A stretch of DNA of 64,000 nt. It comes from Mizuhopecten yessoensis (lineage: Eukaryota). The notes below the pieces were generated by a model that was not told the DNA's origin, searched no databases, and saw nothing but the letters and a program-made list of their open reading frames with translations. The position numbers and the translations under genes are program-made. The stretch covers positions 259,037 through 323,036 of the forward strand of contig NW_018408778.1 in the NCBI RefSeq assembly GCF_002113885.1, read 5' to 3'. Positions 38,388-51,629 of the stretch are shown piece by piece (position 1 is the stretch's first letter; every line of letters starts with the position of its first letter).

Positions 38388-41214
38388 CTAGGATACCTGA
38401 ATGACTTCTAGGCTGCCGTGTAGTGAGCTGTGACTGCCGCTCGATGATATGCTGCTATTCGATTGGTAGATATCCTGTCCCCCTCGGCAACGACAAGGCA
38501 AATTCTCAAACAGTGCTGTTGAAGACATTCTGTCTGCACATCGCCGTGGAATCTTTCCAAATGGTGTACAAATACAGTCAGATTCTGAAAGTTCCTGTTC
38601 TCCGTTTAGAATGTCATCCATGCTACGTGTTTTCCTACTTGCCTCATACACTTGTGTCCTAAACATGGCACTTTCCATGGCTGCTGTGATTTGTTTGTAA
38701 ACCTCACGTTCAGAGTAACGTCCATAATGACTGCGGGTTGCACAATCTGAGTCCACAGAAGGCTTTGATCGCTTTCCATTCTGTACCATATACATATCAG
38801 ATGCATCATCTTGTGATGTATTACTCCCAGAGCTAGGCGACTCCTGACAGTCTGATCCGAGGTCACATGTAGGATAGGTAGAAAACGCTATACTGGCAGG
38901 CCGTACCAGAGACTTTTTTGCCCTATTACCCTTTGACCTGAGCATGACCTTTGAGGTTGAAGGAGCTGTTGTTGATGAGGATAGTGTGCTGCTGACTACC
39001 AAGGGAGAGTCAAGAGGAGAGCCGATGTCCATTGAATTGCTACTGCCCGCTGACGACACTGTAATACTGGTAGTTACTGGCAGTGAAGGTGACATTGATG
39101 ATAATGGTGATAAAGATGGCGATGAAGAATGTGATTTCGCAAAACAGGGCGTAAAGTTCAATTTGTCCAGAGAGGTAGATGGGAAATTGATAGCCTCTGA
39201 AATGTTTTCCACTGTGACAGTTTCTGTCCGCTCTGAGATCGCAGTTTCAAAATGGAGGCGAGCAAGTGCTGCAGATGGGGACTGGATAGTCTGAGAAGCT
39301 GCAGCAGCTGGACACAACTGACTCATCCCCAGCCCCAGTTTTTTAGATGTTGTCTGCTCTTGGGACGATTTACTACCATTGTCACTTGGTATTGGACTTG
39401 AGCCAGACACAGATGACGACACAGTGCTACTCACTGCACTCTTCTTAAGCCTCTCTGTCGTGTCTGATTTCAGAGATACTATTGGTGCCATTCCGAGCTG
39501 TAAGGAGAATGTTGGTCGAAGTTTTGGGATGGTAGTAGCAGTAGAAGTTTTAACTTCCCTGCTATTGAATCCTGAAAAATCTTTCATTGTCATTGTTTCT
39601 AATGATGAAAATTCATTATCTGAAAAGCAGTTCAGTTCTGCTGGCCTCAATGGTGAATACATTGCACTGTTTTTGTCATTGGATGCTTCCTTACTGTCAG
39701 AAGTGGACACATCCATTTTTTCATTTCCAGATGATAACAATGTCATACCTAGAGATCTGTTGACACGATTCGCTTTGCCAAACTTAGTATGTTCATGAGA
39801 TGATCCAAGGGTTATGAGGGAACCCTTTTCTTGTTCCAATAAAGACACACTATGCCTTGAGGGTAATTTGTCTTGGTCTCCTTCATTAGAAACTGAATTC
39901 CTTGAGTCTATAAATGTGCGGCTGTTAGATTCTGGTGAAGGGAGTGTTATAGGAGATAAGGACAGATGGAATGCTTTGGTGGAGATTCTGCGTTTAGATG
40001 ACACAAAACTTTGAGACATCACTGATGTAGAGCTAGATGACACCTCTGTATCGTGCACTAAATGCTTTGTCACCTCTACAGAGTTTTTCCCCGTAATTGT
40101 CCTATCTAAATCAAGAATACTGGACTTCTGTAACGAGGGTGATGGTGAATCGGTTGCCATAGAAACAGATCCGGAGTCTCCTTTACTGGACTGTTCTGAG
40201 GGTGGTTCTATAGAAATGGACAAATCACAAGGTCTTGATGGTTTATGGGACACCGACTGAATTGTAGATTTCTGAACGTCATCAACGGATGGTGACAGTA
40301 CTGGTGATAATGGTAATGTGAAAGGCTTGGAGAATTTTCTTCCAGGTGAAACAGATAAAGGAGAAGTAACTAATGTGCGTTTCCGTTCTATCACAACATG
40401 TTTAGAATTGTTACAACTACTGCTGCTTGTTTCAGTGGTAGAGGCATTTACAGATGTCACAAGGTTCTGAGATGGTAGTGTCACAGGCGACAGGGGTAAT
40501 GTAAATGTCCGCATGCCAGCCGTTTTTGAGCGAGGAGATGAAGCAATTACTTGACTTTCTGTTTCTGTGTTGTTCTCTTTATTGAGAGATTCCGGACAAG
40601 CAATACTTGATGAACTTACATTTGTAAGTCCAAATGGGAATGGAGGCATTTCTGAACATGGTGTCATGGCAACTGGAGATTCACAGTGTGGATGAAGAGC
40701 CTGAGCGAACGAACTAGAGCCACGACTGAATGTCTTTGGACTACATTGGGACTGGTCTGACTTGTCACTAACAGTGTTCATTTTAACAGCACTATTATAA
40801 CTCATGTTGAAGTCACGTCCTGTATGGCCAAGGTCAAAGTTGTGCGACACCGATCTCTTCATGCTTCTGATTGGCTGGGACAGTCCGAGAACTAAGTCAC
40901 CTCCTCTACCTTCAGCAAAAGGCAGGTTGTCATTATTATCCCTTTTATGTCCAGAACAAGGTAAAGACGCCTCCTGAGTGGCCATAGAAGAACCCATCAG
41001 ATCAAATGAGAATGGTTTTTTAAGTTTAGCCACAGGTGATGAAGGGCTACGCAAGTCCATTGCCATAGACACATTTCGCACCTCGCTTGGTCGACTAAAT
41101 GTGTCTCTTTTAGGCTTTGATTCTTCATTATTTCTGAAATTCTTTTCAAATTCCAACAACTGTCCCAAGAAGTTGAAATTCGGAGAGATCGTTGGTCTTT
41201 TGTCCTTGACGTAC
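38388..41214 (-). CDS. DUSP16: DUSP8/DUSP16-like MAPK phosphatase, large 3' coding exon (end of DSPc domain plus Ser/Pro-rich tail)
   Basis: Acceptor tttaag|G TAC GTC; encodes YVKDKRPTISPNFNFLGQLLEFEK and a ~926-aa ORF; KLKKPFSFDL and terminal GSLEVIQVS* resemble the DUSP8/16 LKRSFSLDI and GSxEVIEVS motifs. Confidence 0.95.
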
Positions 41215-41624
41215 CTTAAACAGTGAAAAAAAGAACTAGTTAATGACTTGTAGAATTTATAACAACCTTCCAGTTTTGTATTTTAGTTAATTTCTAATAT
41301 GGTGACAATACGCTTATTTTTCATGAATATTGCATACAAAATTATATTTTTTAAACAAACACCTGAAGAAAACTGCACAGTATGACTGAAATCAGGGATC
41401 AAACTCATGTCAACATTATTTGGTAAAAAAAAATAATAATCTCACAATGATAAAATGTGATACTACAATTCATATCGACAATATTTTGTTGACCTTTTTT
41501 TGCCCAACATGATATTCTGTGATCCTACAATCACATAAATTATTGTTATTTTCCCTGTAACACAAACACCTCAGCACATTATCAGCTGTTCAATGTTGCA
41601 TTTGTAATGTTGATAAATTTGTAC

Positions 41625-41748
41625 CTGTAAGCATCATCAGAGGACATGTTTAAATGCTTCATGACGTAAGCGATGGCTAGTGTTGGTGACCGCGAGATTC
41701 CGGCTAAACAGTGGACCAGCACGCAGCCATTGGCCTCTCGCACTTTGT
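41625..41748 (-). CDS. DUSP16: DUSP8/16-like catalytic-loop exon
   Basis: ttttcag|..|gtacaa; 124 bp; [42 protein letters not shown] contains HCxxGxxRS. Confidence 0.97.
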
Positions 41749-43948
41749 CTGAAAAGGACAATATTGATTGAGTTGCAGACAAAACAACAGGTGCTTGTGA
41801 TAGCCAATCACACATCAAATCAAATGAATTACTCAACATCCAACTTAACCATTACAAGCCATCAACTGTTTGATGTGTTTTATTTCTAGTATTGAAGTCA
41901 GTTTAGTACCATGGACATCCCAGAATATTATGAATAGGTTCAACATTCACCTCCAAATATTGGTTTTTATAAAACTTCACTTAAGGAATTGATGATCAAT
42001 ATTGATTTCTTAACAACTTAATTGCCCAGGAATCAAAATCATAACCTTTTTCCAGAACAATTTGAATAGCTTGTATGCTGAATAATGTTTACAGCAGAGG
42101 GACAAAGATTAAAAAAAAAATATGATATATTTTTAAATGTGTGCAAACAAGATTTAACAATGATTTAATCTATTTTGAAATTCACACAAAGTTTACTTGA
42201 AATGAAATTATAATCTGTAAAGGAATTTGGAGATTACAGCACTGCCAAGTTTTCTAAATGAAATTTAAATTTCAACTTGACATAATCCTATCTGAACATT
42301 CCTTCACCAATCTCTTTATAAGCTGATTTTTAAAATTCCCTGAGGTGATTATGATTGTGTTTGACATTTAACTACTGAAGAGTTTAACAGTAATCCAATT
42401 AACACAGAGTTCCCTATCAGGCCCCCTTCTCCTCAACATCCAATTATCAGTATCACCATTATTTTCTTCACTTTTGAAAAATGATCACACCATCTACATA
42501 CCACTTAAATCACTACTATTTTTTTCAAGTTTATGTCTTTATAAAACATTAATTCATTACCAAAACGTTGATGTACTAGGTACTTAACTGAGAGGAAGGT
42601 ATGAAATAACTAATACTAACTAATGATATTAATATCCTATGATTGTATACCATTTACATAAATTGACATGTACCAATAGTTCACTGTTCATTTAGCATGG
42701 TGTTTTTTTCAACCAGCAATATTTCCCTTTCCTTAAAACAGAATAGTAATAAATCTTTTAATTATCATGTTCTGATAGATGATCTTCAATGTTCAAAGGC
42801 CCATGACAGAAGGTGTGAGGCTGAGGTAACTAAGCCTTACAAATCCTACATAGGGAGGCCTCCAGTACATGACTCACCATCCCTCCACACAAATACCAGA
42901 TAAAACTGTATTAATATTCTAACTTTCTCTGACGTCAAAGGAATCACTTTCCAGTAGTTGGAGGTAATTCCCAGCAGAAGACAGCGCCCTATACCATGTC
43001 CTGTGGTTTTCTGCAGTAGCAGGGATTCCTATTTATTTATATATTATTACAGAACCTTTGCTACATTTGGGTCTCTGTTGTCTAAAAATATCTCTGGAGT
43101 GTAGTGTAGACAATTAATAAGCATGTGAAGCATTTATCCTGGTTATATGGTGCAAAAATACCCTGATATCCCTTCTATTGCAGCCCTAAACTTTTAATGA
43201 ATAGCACGTTTTTTCCCACAGATGCTTCAGACATTAAAAAACATCAACATTTACTTAATAATAATTTGATTGGCAATGTCAATTATTTTTGCTATCTGAA
43301 TAAATCAGCTCCCGTGTTTCCAAACTAGGATACTAACCATACTATCACTGTACAATATTCACCAGTACCCAAAACTACAGCCAATGATGCTACATATCCA
43401 TGGGGTAGAGCCGGCCATCAGAGATAAAACAATACTACCTACTGACATTGGCATTACCAATTACTTTTTTGCTGTCAAGGCACCTTTCTTTGTGCAGACC
43501 ACTAGAAACCTGAGGCTATATATAGGAATGTTCATGTTGGTAACAAGGGTATAATGAATAGCTGATAATCATCAGGAGGAAATTCTACTTCTCCATTATG
43601 TCAGTTTCACATGCAACATCTACTTCACTGATGTATCAGCTTCAACACATGACAAAAACCATATCACATGAAGCTAGAGATAAGTTAATCCTGCTCCAAT
43701 GTTTAATACGATTTCCTGTTTGGTACCCGTTACTATGTGTTCTGGGTGTATTCCATGTTACTTTTTCTCTGTTACTTTTTTGCTTACATTAATCTTGGAC
43801 TTATTGAACTTGAATGCAATAATTACACTCAACATCTATTAACAGTTCCTTTTGTTATGTTACCCTTTATTAACCTTGTCATTTTCCCCTTTTTACCCTT
43901 CATTATTATTTTCATATCAAATTTCACAGATATGAGATTGAATATTAC

Positions 43949-44096
43949 CTAAAAATTGGAATGCTTCCTCGAAGAATGGCATCATCTTAGCACTATAGTT
44001 GTCGTTGACTGGAATGCGGAAGAAGTGTCCCTCTTGTATAAAGGGGGGCTGGGGACAGGTGGTGCTCACATTCAGTATGTAGGAAATGTCATTCAC
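43949..44096 (-). CDS. DUSP16: DUSP8/16-like DSPc exon with the general-acid Asp
   Basis: ctcacag|..|gtaata; 148 bp; VNDISYILNVSTTCPQPPFIQEGHFFRIPVNDNYSAKMMPFFEEAFQFL. Confidence 0.96.
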
Positions 44097-44819
44097 CTGT
44101 GAGCAGAAAATACAGGTATTCCACAAATTGATAAACTGATTTTATACAAAGCATCAGGCATTAATAATTGAATGCTGTACGTGAAACATTACTTACTGAA
44201 AACAAAATGTTATGAAACACAAGATATTAATAACTTAATATTATGAAACATGAGCTATTAAAATAGAATGAAAAGGTATCAATAATGAATATTTATAAAA
44301 CGTTATGTTTGGATAATTAAGTATAGCATTGAAGAAATAACTTTTATTTCACAAGCTGAACAACAATAATACAGCTTATGTCATGACTTCCGTAAAACTG
44401 TATTTCAATACGGGATAATTGGTTTATTGAAATGATGTTAAAATATCATGCTGACAGCAGTGTTATACATATTTTATTAACTTATTCAACAGCGTCTATA
44501 GCTGTATATATTAAATCAATGCCATGTAAATTGTACACTTCTACCTTTATAAATCAATATAGTTCCCCTATTTAGAAATGTTTCATTTTTACAAATATAA
44601 CTGAACATCCATTAAAATCTAAATACAAATTGACACCTTCCCCATTACAATGAATCAAATGTGACAAATATAAACATTACAGACTGAAAAGAGGAAACAA
44701 AAACCCAATCCATTGGGATGATTCATAGGAAAAGAAACTGAATAGATTATATAGATAAGCAACAAGAATTTAGTAATTATATTTTTTTAAACTTGAACTG
44801 GAATACATATATGATATCC

Positions 44820-45710
44820 TAAAACTACTGTGCCATACCTGCAGGATGTCCTAAGACATATGTGAGGTACATGTATCAATATGACATCCTAAGACTAGTA
44901 TCACATACCTGTTAAATGTCCTAAGTCTTAACCCTTACATGTCCTAAGACTAGTGTGACATACCTGTACAATGTCCTAAGAGTATTATGATGTACCTGTA
45001 CAATGTCCTGAGAGTACTATGATGTACCTGTACAATGTCCTAAGAGTACTATGATGTACCTGTATGATGTCCTAAGAGTACTATGATATACCTGTATGAT
45101 GTCCTAAGAGTACTATGATGTGCTTGTATCATGTCCTAGGAGTTCTATGATGTACCTGTATGAGGTCCTAAGAGTACTATGATGTACCTGTATGATGCCC
45201 TAAGAGTACTATGATGTACCTGTATGATGTCCAGATACTATTGTGACATACCTGTATGATGTCCTAGGAGTACTATGATGTCCCTGTATGATGTCCTAAG
45301 AGTACTATGATGTACCTGTATGATATCCTAGGAGTACTATGATGTACCTGTATATGTCCTAGGAGTGCTGTGATGTACCTGTATGATGTCCAGAGACTGT
45401 TGTGACATCCCTGTATGATGTCCTAAGAGTACTATGATGTACCTGTATGATGTCCTAGGAGTACTATGATGTACATGTATATGTCCTAGGAGTACTGTGA
45501 TGTACCTGTATGATGTCCAGAGACTGTTGTGACATACCTGTATGATGTCCTAAGAGTACTTTGATGTACCTGTATGATGTCCTAAGAGTACTTTGATGTA
45601 CCTGTATGATGTCCAGAGACTATTGTGACATACCTGTATGATGTCCTAAGAGTACTATGATGTACCTGTATGATGTCCTAAGACTAGTTTGACATACCTG
45701 TATGATGTCT
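44820..45710. repeat. 32-bp intronic minisatellite whose unit contains the exon end and 5' splice site
   Basis: Unit GATGTACCTGTATGATGTCCTAAGAGTACTAT reads GACATCATACAG|GTA on the minus strand; about 27 copies; continuous with the exon end at 45698. Confidence 0.95.
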
Positions 45711-45888
45711 TGAGACATGGCATCACGGTGTGAGCCCAGGTATAGGAAGGATAGTATCCGAGTGGGCCCCACATTGCTGACAGGCATACATGGCTGGGAC
45801 AGTGATGTCATGGGAGCACATTTGTAGCTGCTTGTGCCTTTGTTTTCACACAACATTGGATGCATGGCTTGAAAAGCCAAATATCCAC
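45698..45888 (-). CDS. DUSP16: DUSP8/16-like exon (end of rhodanese domain, linker, start of DSPc); upstream coding exons not identified in the window
   Basis: tttcgcag|..CAG|gtatgt; 191 bp; GGYLAFQAMHPMLCE...SLSQPCMPVSNVGPTRILSFLYLGS matches DUSP16 ISQPCLPVANIGPTRILPNLYLG. Confidence 0.96.
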
Positions 45889-46796
45889 CTGCGAAATAAA
45901 TCATTAAATATTAAATTCAGCTTTAATTCCTTTGTTTTGATAATTAACCACAGACAGTTTTCATTTCATTTATCAGTAACCAAGATTTTTCAAATTAATT
46001 TAACAAAATTTAAAACCTTTAAAAAATTAAAATGAGTTTGATATTTGAATTATTTCAGTAGACAAATCTTATTGTCATTTTTTGGACGCATTAATCTGAA
46101 TAACTGTTTAAAAATTGCTGAAGAAGAATTTTTTTCATTTGATATAAAAATTCCTTATTATAATTTATGCAAACAAGCTTGGTGTCTGTGGTCAATGAAC
46201 AAATCTAATATTAAATATTATGAATAAATTAAACCTGGGTTGGAAAATCTTGATTTCCTTCCTAAGATATTATAACTCCTTTCTCTACGGTGATGCAGAG
46301 AGGATTAATCATATGCAAATGAGCTTTACCATATTTGGAAGTTTCACCCAATAAGCATGAAATAAGGCACAAGACCCCCTCCCAGGCACCCTCCTCACAG
46401 GGATGCATTTTTTTCCCACACAGTCCCTGGGCCCTAAGACAAAGTCTAGATTAGACAAAGCAGATTGTAAGCCTAGAATTACCCCTACCCTGCTCTGTAG
46501 GGCTAAGCAGTAACAAACATATGTGACAAGGCATTTGAACTCCATCAATCTCTTCTACAATGACACTGGGTAGCTAGTGGGCCCTAGATAATCTCCACCT
46601 ACACAAACACATCAACGCTCCACAGCCATTATGACATAAGCATGATCAACATGAAGCCGAGTTCAAAAGTTCATGTACAAAAATAAATTATCAAACGGTT
46701 GCTAATAAGAATACAGTATATAATGATTTAAAATGGTTGATTTTGTCTTTATGTATCAACTATCAACATATTTTATCATTTACTCATGATTTTGGT

Positions 46797-47982
46797 ATTT
46801 ACAAAATTTTCAGGTCTTACGCAATGAGACTGTTATCCTTTATTTATGGTGTTATGCAAGTTCTTGCCACACAGTGTTGGTATCCCAGAGACAACAGGGC
46901 ATTAAAGCTCCTAACTTATCAACCTTATCTTTGAAAGGTGTGCATAGAAAAATCACAACACTGAAATCCCAGAAGACCCAAGTCTTATAAATATCCATGT
47001 ACATGTAGTGCTCACCAGGTTTCTATTCTGCATAAGATTAAGAAAATTGTTCTTTGTAACTAAATTTATGCAATTATCAATAAACTCAAAAATAAGAACA
47101 TTAGTTACAAATTATTTGAAATCTTTTGTAGTTTTCAATCATAGTTACATTGCATCAGAACATTTATGCATCACTGAAAATCTTAAAGACTATCAATGAG
47201 TCAGATAAAGGAGACCAATAAAATGTCTTTATTTTACGCTGAAAAATTCTGGTTTCCATCGTTTTCAACCAAGTATGTGTCACACTCATGTGAAATGCAC
47301 ATGCTGAGTACCCCTGTGTGGCCACCACGCGACCTACTCCTGCAAACACTATTTCTTAGTCATTTTCCAGTAACAGCTGTTTAACAATGATTTTTTATGA
47401 TTCAGCTCTGAGCCAATTAAAGATTTTCATACCCAAGCAAAACTAGGGACCAATGATACAGCAAGAATAAAAGAGCTGTTCCTTGCAAGGAATGCTACCA
47501 TGCACCACCAATGGTCTGTTCACTTGACTTGCAAAATATACTTCAACAAAACAATTTCTCTAAAACATCTTGAAGTAATTTTCAGTGTATCCAATTTCTT
47601 TAAAACAAGGCACATTTTGAAACACCAATGGGTTCTGACAGCTTGGCAGCTAGAGGACACTTCCCATCTATGGTTTTGTAACAGTTTTTTAAATTAATAA
47701 AACGATCAAAAAAAGTTTTAAATTGTTTGTAATTTTATCATTAATTTAGGGCCCACACTTGTATCTTCAATAACAATGGTAGGTTAAAATTGTACCTTCT
47801 CCACATTTTTTTACTTCCACATATTTACTGATTTTTGTACATTCCAAACAAATCTCATTTTCTAATTGTATGGTGTATAGGTTTAAGAAAGTATTACACA
47901 TGATCATTTACAAAATGTTCAGGTCTTATGCAATGAGATTGTTATCCTTCATTCATGGTGTTATGCAAGTTTTTGCCACACA
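46797..47982. repeat. Dispersed 77-bp direct repeat pair (46797-46873 and 47906-47982)
   Basis: About 90% identical copies; each has two TTA(C/T)GCAA motifs. Confidence 0.85.
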
Positions 47983-50900
47983 TACAATGCATCCAGTATC
48001 TAAAATAATTCCAGCATCATCTTTGATCAAACCAGCGATGGAACTTGTGAACTATATATACAGTATACTAAAATAACTACTAGCCACATCCTAACCTTTT
48101 AGGTCATAATTCCTCCAAACTACTCATTGGCACACTAAACTAATGGTAAAACTTGGAAGTTTTCAGACACACCTGTATTGCAAAACTAGAGTTGACAGTA
48201 AATATACCTGTTCAGACAGTGATAACATTTTGAATGCGTCATCGTGAATTTCACATTTAAATTTATACACAAAGATAAAATGATATAGACTTCATGCAAA
48301 GTAGATTAGCCCTTCCTCATTTGTAGAACTTATGGCGGATATGAGGAAACAACCTATTCCGTGAAACAATGAATACCCGATAAGTGTTATAAGCTACAAC
48401 AGTTAAGTAATGACATCACTCTCCATTTCCTCCTTACGTCAGAAAAATATCAAACCAGAAAAAGAATGTATGTACAGGGGTTGTCAAGATCACCAATCCA
48501 GGATTGGGAGCTATGAGTCACCCCCTGCTGATCAAGTCAATAAAACTCCATGACAGGGAAAAAATAAATGCACAAAAAAAATCATAATATTATGGTTATA
48601 TATACACTTCCAAGGAGAAAACCAATTTTGCAATCAAAGACTTTTTTGAATAATTACCTGTTGTAGTCGTCATAGGAACAAGAACATCATATGTGTATCC
48701 TCCACATCAAGTTGGCTCACAAACTGGGCCAACAGTTCTCGATAATGAAGCAACTGAATATTCCCTACTGCCAATTATTGGGAAAACCACCTGTTGCTTG
48801 GAGCTAGGTGTCTACACAATGCCATACTCCATGCTATGTATATACCCAGCGGTCAGTTCTGACCAGCAACACTGGAGATTTCTGTCTTGGACAGTATTGT
48901 CCAATATACAACCCTGGACTCAGCTGACAAAATAAACACCGGAATTTCCTCAATCAGCTGATCACAAAACTTCCAACTTAATCTTCCTTCAGAGCAAAGT
49001 TCCAAACTTTCTGAAATTGACACTCTTCTTTGATTTATTACCGACACCAACTGACACCTGTAGAACACGATCACATATAAGTTGTGGCCGCTATTTCCGA
49101 CTGGAGAGGGTTGGTAAGGAAGCTGGATGTGGGATCCCACGGAGCTGTTGTTGTTGTGTGTGTGTAGGGTGAGCCATACTAGATCTGACTGTAGGCATGA
49201 GTCATCACCAGCTCTCCACCACCACCACCACACAACACAGCTGAGCTAGAGGCCTGCCTGGGGGTCTCTCACACACGTGCTTAGTATCAGGGTGGACACA
49301 CTCAAACACCCAAACAACAAATGTTTCAGGCTTTTTTTATTAATGAGTTTCAATATTTCCTTGTAGCATATCCTGTTTTTCTAACTAAGTTCTAACAGAT
49401 ATAATTTGTCATTCTCCTTCATTTCCTCTCTATGTGGTCTCTACATTCAATTTGTTTATGCACCAAACTTATTTAAACTAATTTACAAAACCACTTTCTA
49501 ATCTAAAATTTACGACAGGGTGGAATCAGGTATCATCCATAATTTCTGAATTAGCAATTTACTGCATACCTGGTAAGTAGGGTAAAATTTTCTCCCAATT
49601 AATTATCTTAGTTGAACCATAAAGCACATGTGTAGAACAAATTACATTTAATTATTTATAAGTTATCTCTAATTAAACTTCTTATTTAATTAACTTTAAT
49701 TTAAATCAGTTTTAAAATGGCAGCTCATTTACGAAGAAATTTAAATCAATAGATTATTGAATTCATATACCAGAATAAATAGAAGTAAAACTTTAAAGAC
49801 AATTACAATTTAGTGTTTTTATTTTTCATTTGTGTAGTTTTCAAATCACCAAAAATATATAAAAACAAAATTTGTTACGAATCAGTGTGAAAGTTGCCAG
49901 CAGCATGTCCCTGCACACAGCTCCTATTTACTTCAGTTAACCTCTTTGTGGCATGTTTTCCATAATATTAATGACTAGTGCATGCTAGGGATGTTTATTC
50001 TCCCCCCCCCCCCCCCCTTGACTTCAAATTAATGAAGGACAAATTAATTCCCTTTATGAATCATGCATGCCCTTTGGTAGGTCCTAGGGTAGTTAATCTG
50101 ACCAATGACTGACCACTACACACCTGACTATAAAGCTTCAGTCCCTGGACATCAAATAGCAAGCTGTCCCAATAACCACCCAACCCACCCAGACTTTTCA
50201 ATCTACTCTTAACAGTTTTGATTTCCCTTCATGAATCATCAGTCACCATGATCACACCAGCTCTGTTTCTAGTGTAAACTGGTCAGCACAGTGGAGGCTA
50301 GAACAGTAGAAAATGTCCAGAACTTTCATGGAAAATTGTTAATCATATACCAGGGATATTGAGGTTAACTGTAATGCCACCCAAGTCATTGACTTCTTGT
50401 AACAATGGATATTTTTCTGGTGAAGCATTCACTTTCTTTCTATGTTTCAAAAATTGGCCAGTACCTGACCTAGCCGTCAGAAATGACCCTTCAGCCTATA
50501 CTGCTGTTGAACTGCAGGGTTCTCCATACTGCCTGTCTTATATGTTGTAATGTGGCACCTGGCTATAGGGGTGTGGGGTAGCACCAGACTGTGAGACCTG
50601 ATCTATGTCCAACCCCTACTGAGGTTCTAATCAACTATGTGCATGTGTTGCTAGGACGGACCTCATGGCTAAGGCATGACTAATCCTGTTGTGTTTAGGG
50701 TCATTTTATAGATCTATCTATCTGACTGACTGACCACAGAGCTAAGTTGATAAGCAGACTGACCAGTCTATTTGCCTGACCTGTAGAGTGACCATTTAAT
50801 TACACAGAAGCTACCTAGCTGACATGTTGTGGAGCTAAAGTGTTGATGTATGTGTAGTATTGTACCTAGCTTATTGGACAAAGGTGATGAGACCAGGCTA

Positions 50901-51629
50901 TACAGTGTAATACCATAGCATTAGGTCATCCACACATATATAGTGTTTAGGTATAAATATTGAACTCCAAAGACACACCCCCCTTCAAAAATCTACTACC
51001 ACAAAATGTTAATGCAAACTACTATTAAAAAAAAAAGGATATTTTAAAAACTACTTAAAATTAATTGCTAAATCAGTCCAAAACAACTATTTCATGACCA
51101 AGAGAAAGAAAACAATATTGTTTACATTTTTCATCTAATGACCTATTTAGCTTATAAAATACTTAAAATGGTTTTTGGCTAAATCACATGAAACTATGTT
51201 AAAGTCCTGGACAGCGCTATCACCACTATGCGTATATGATCCAGCACAAGTATAGGTGTTGTATGACCCAGCACTAACACAGATGCTGTGTCTTTGATAC
51301 CCTGGACCATACCATCATCTAACCAGGGGGGGGGTGTAATATTCCAATACCAGGTTACACAATGCAATGGTCAATCGGTCAGTCTACAAAGGTGCATCAA
51401 AATGACTAATAGGCAAATAATTCAATCAATTATCTTTTATCTACTTTGGCCTTTTGTACACCTAGATATTGCTTAGTAGTCATTGGACAATTGATTATCC
51501 AATCGGGGATTTTATCTTAATTAAACTTTTGATATAGGTCAGATGGCTTCAATTGTGTAGTTCCTATTATACTCTCGAGTCTAAATTAAGGTGGACATTT
51601 TGGTTGACACTGGCATGATTCAGCATCAT

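Noticed and set aside
38423-41226. Plus-strand ORFs overlapping the large exon
   Set aside because: Antisense shadows of the coding exon
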